From Candidatus Latescibacterota bacterium (GTDB taxonomy: Bacteria; Latescibacterota; UBA2968; UBA8231), in the NCBI GenBank assembly GCA_965261395.1, contig OZ253462.1, positions 4,576,001 through 4,640,000 of the forward strand: a stretch of DNA of 64,000 nt, in the 5' to 3' direction. Shown here piece after piece: positions 63,122 to 64,000 of the stretch. The notes under the pieces are model-generated. The model did no database searches. It was not told where the DNA came from and saw nothing but the letters and a program-made list of their open reading frames with translations. The position numbers and the translations under genes were made by a program. Positions within the stretch are counted from its first letter, which is position 1. Every line of letters begins with the position of its first letter.

Positions 63122-64000
63122 GAGCGATTTTCTGCGCCCTAGTGCTGTGCGCCTGTCAGGGCGCGCCGCCCGACCTGCCCACGGCCAAGGTCGTGCGCGA
63201 TGATTTTGCGGTGACGCACTTTGAGGGGGGCGAGGTGCGAGCGGCCAGCGGCGAAGTTGTGGCGTCGCCGCGGATCGGCGGTCGGCTCAAGATCGTTCAC
63301 CTCTGGCCCGAAGGAGAGCAAGTGGATGTCGGCGACTTGATCCTCCAGTTCGACCCAGCCGAGTTTGAACGGGAGATGCTCGACCGCGAGGGCCGGCTCG
63401 AACAGGCCCACTCGGACTTTGCCAAGGCCAAGGCCGAGCGCGGGCAACGCTTGGCCGACATCAAGCGCAATATCCAGCAGCAGCAGGCCGAGCTCAAACT
63501 CGCCGCGCTCAACCGAGAACGCCAAGAGTTCGCCTCGATCATCGACCAAGAGCAAGGACGTATCAAGTTGCAAAAGGCCCGGCGCGCGGTGGCGGAAGCG
63601 CGGCAGGAATCCACAGCCCAGGAAGTGGTCAATCGCGTAGATTTTCGCAAGCACGAGCTGAACATTGCCCGCAGGCAGGAGCGCTACCAAAGAGCGCGGC
63701 GCGACTACGAACGCACTAGCATCCGCGCCGAAAAGCCGGGGATCGTGGTCTATCGCAAAATCTGGAAACCCGGCACCGACGAGGAGGGCAAAGTCGCGGT
63801 CGGGGACCAAGTCTGGGGCGGTCGTGCCTTGCTCGACATACCCGATTTGGACAAGATGCAAGTGCTCTGCCTGATCGGCGAAATGGACATCGAGCGCCTG
63901 CACGTCGGCCTTCGAGCCTACATCCGGCTCGAAGCCTTTCCCGGCCCAGTCTTTAATGGGGTAGTGTCCGAGCTGGCACCCATGGCCTCGCCCCAGCCCG
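63118..64000 (+). CDS. Efflux periplasmic adaptor subunit (MacA/HlyD type), 3' partial
   Basis: GTG at 63118 overlaps the ABC stop; + frame open to the window end: lipoprotein-like signal, [12 protein letters not shown], coiled coil, [22 protein letters not shown]. Confidence 0.8.
   Translation, partial: MRAIFCALVLCACQGAPPDLPTAKVVRDDFAVTHFEGGEVRAASGEVVASPRIGGRLKIVHLWPEGEQVDVGDLILQFDPAEFEREMLDREGRLEQAHSDFAKAKAERGQRLADIKRNIQQQQAELKLAALNRERQEFASIIDQEQGRIKLQKARRAVAEARQESTAQEVVNRVDFRKHELNIARRQERYQRARRDYERTSIRAEKPGIVVYRKIWKPGTDEEGKVAVGDQVWGGRALLDIPDLDKMQVLCLIGEMDIERLHVGLRAYIRLEAFPGPVFNGVVSELAPMASPQP

Noticed and set aside
63139-63903. 254-aa minus-strand ORF
   Set aside because: Shadow of the plus-strand efflux adaptor, which the ORF track missed because it runs off the window end.
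62423-64000. ABC/adaptor genes as the exporter of the Cys-rich peptides
   Set aside because: Divergently transcribed from a sigma-70-like promoter, and the precursors carry their own hydrophobic export signal; a link is unsupported, though not excluded.

Overview
Bacterial chromosome segment, GC-rich by eye. The many FlgD-type C-terminal 'YPNPFNP' domains, TPR/DUF4159 genes and sulfatase suggest an FCB-group host such as Latescibacterota (inference only). 0-5 kb is an accessory zone with orphan antitoxins, broken toxins, a transposase-less IS1-like cargo element with an 8-bp TSD, a MITE and an AT-rich operator array. 5-33 kb is mostly housekeeping and repair: fdhD, sulfatase, XPB-Bax1, an inserted Co-type nitrile hydratase cassette, yitJ, cca, PBP1A, lpdA, rnhA, a BglII/BstYI-like R-M pair behind nurA-HAS-herA, and a STAS/HATPase pair. 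33.6-61.6 kb is one minus-strand run of envelope and secreted-protein genes. Its most striking part (43.5-61.6 kb) is a candidate undescribed system: a beta-propeller/sigma-54 activator, a -24/-12 promoter with a phased enhancer array, four genes sharing a conserved 42-44-aa leader fused to homologous Cys-rich cores (two 49-aa peptides, two FlgD-tailed repeat proteins), and co-transcribed maturation candidates (FMN-binding protein, long archaeal-type A24 peptidase, two CxxC redoxins, TPR protein, glycosyltransferase-transglutaminase fusion, GT2, DUF4159, STAS). No rRNA, tRNA or CRISPR array was seen. All calls come from motif recognition, not database searches.
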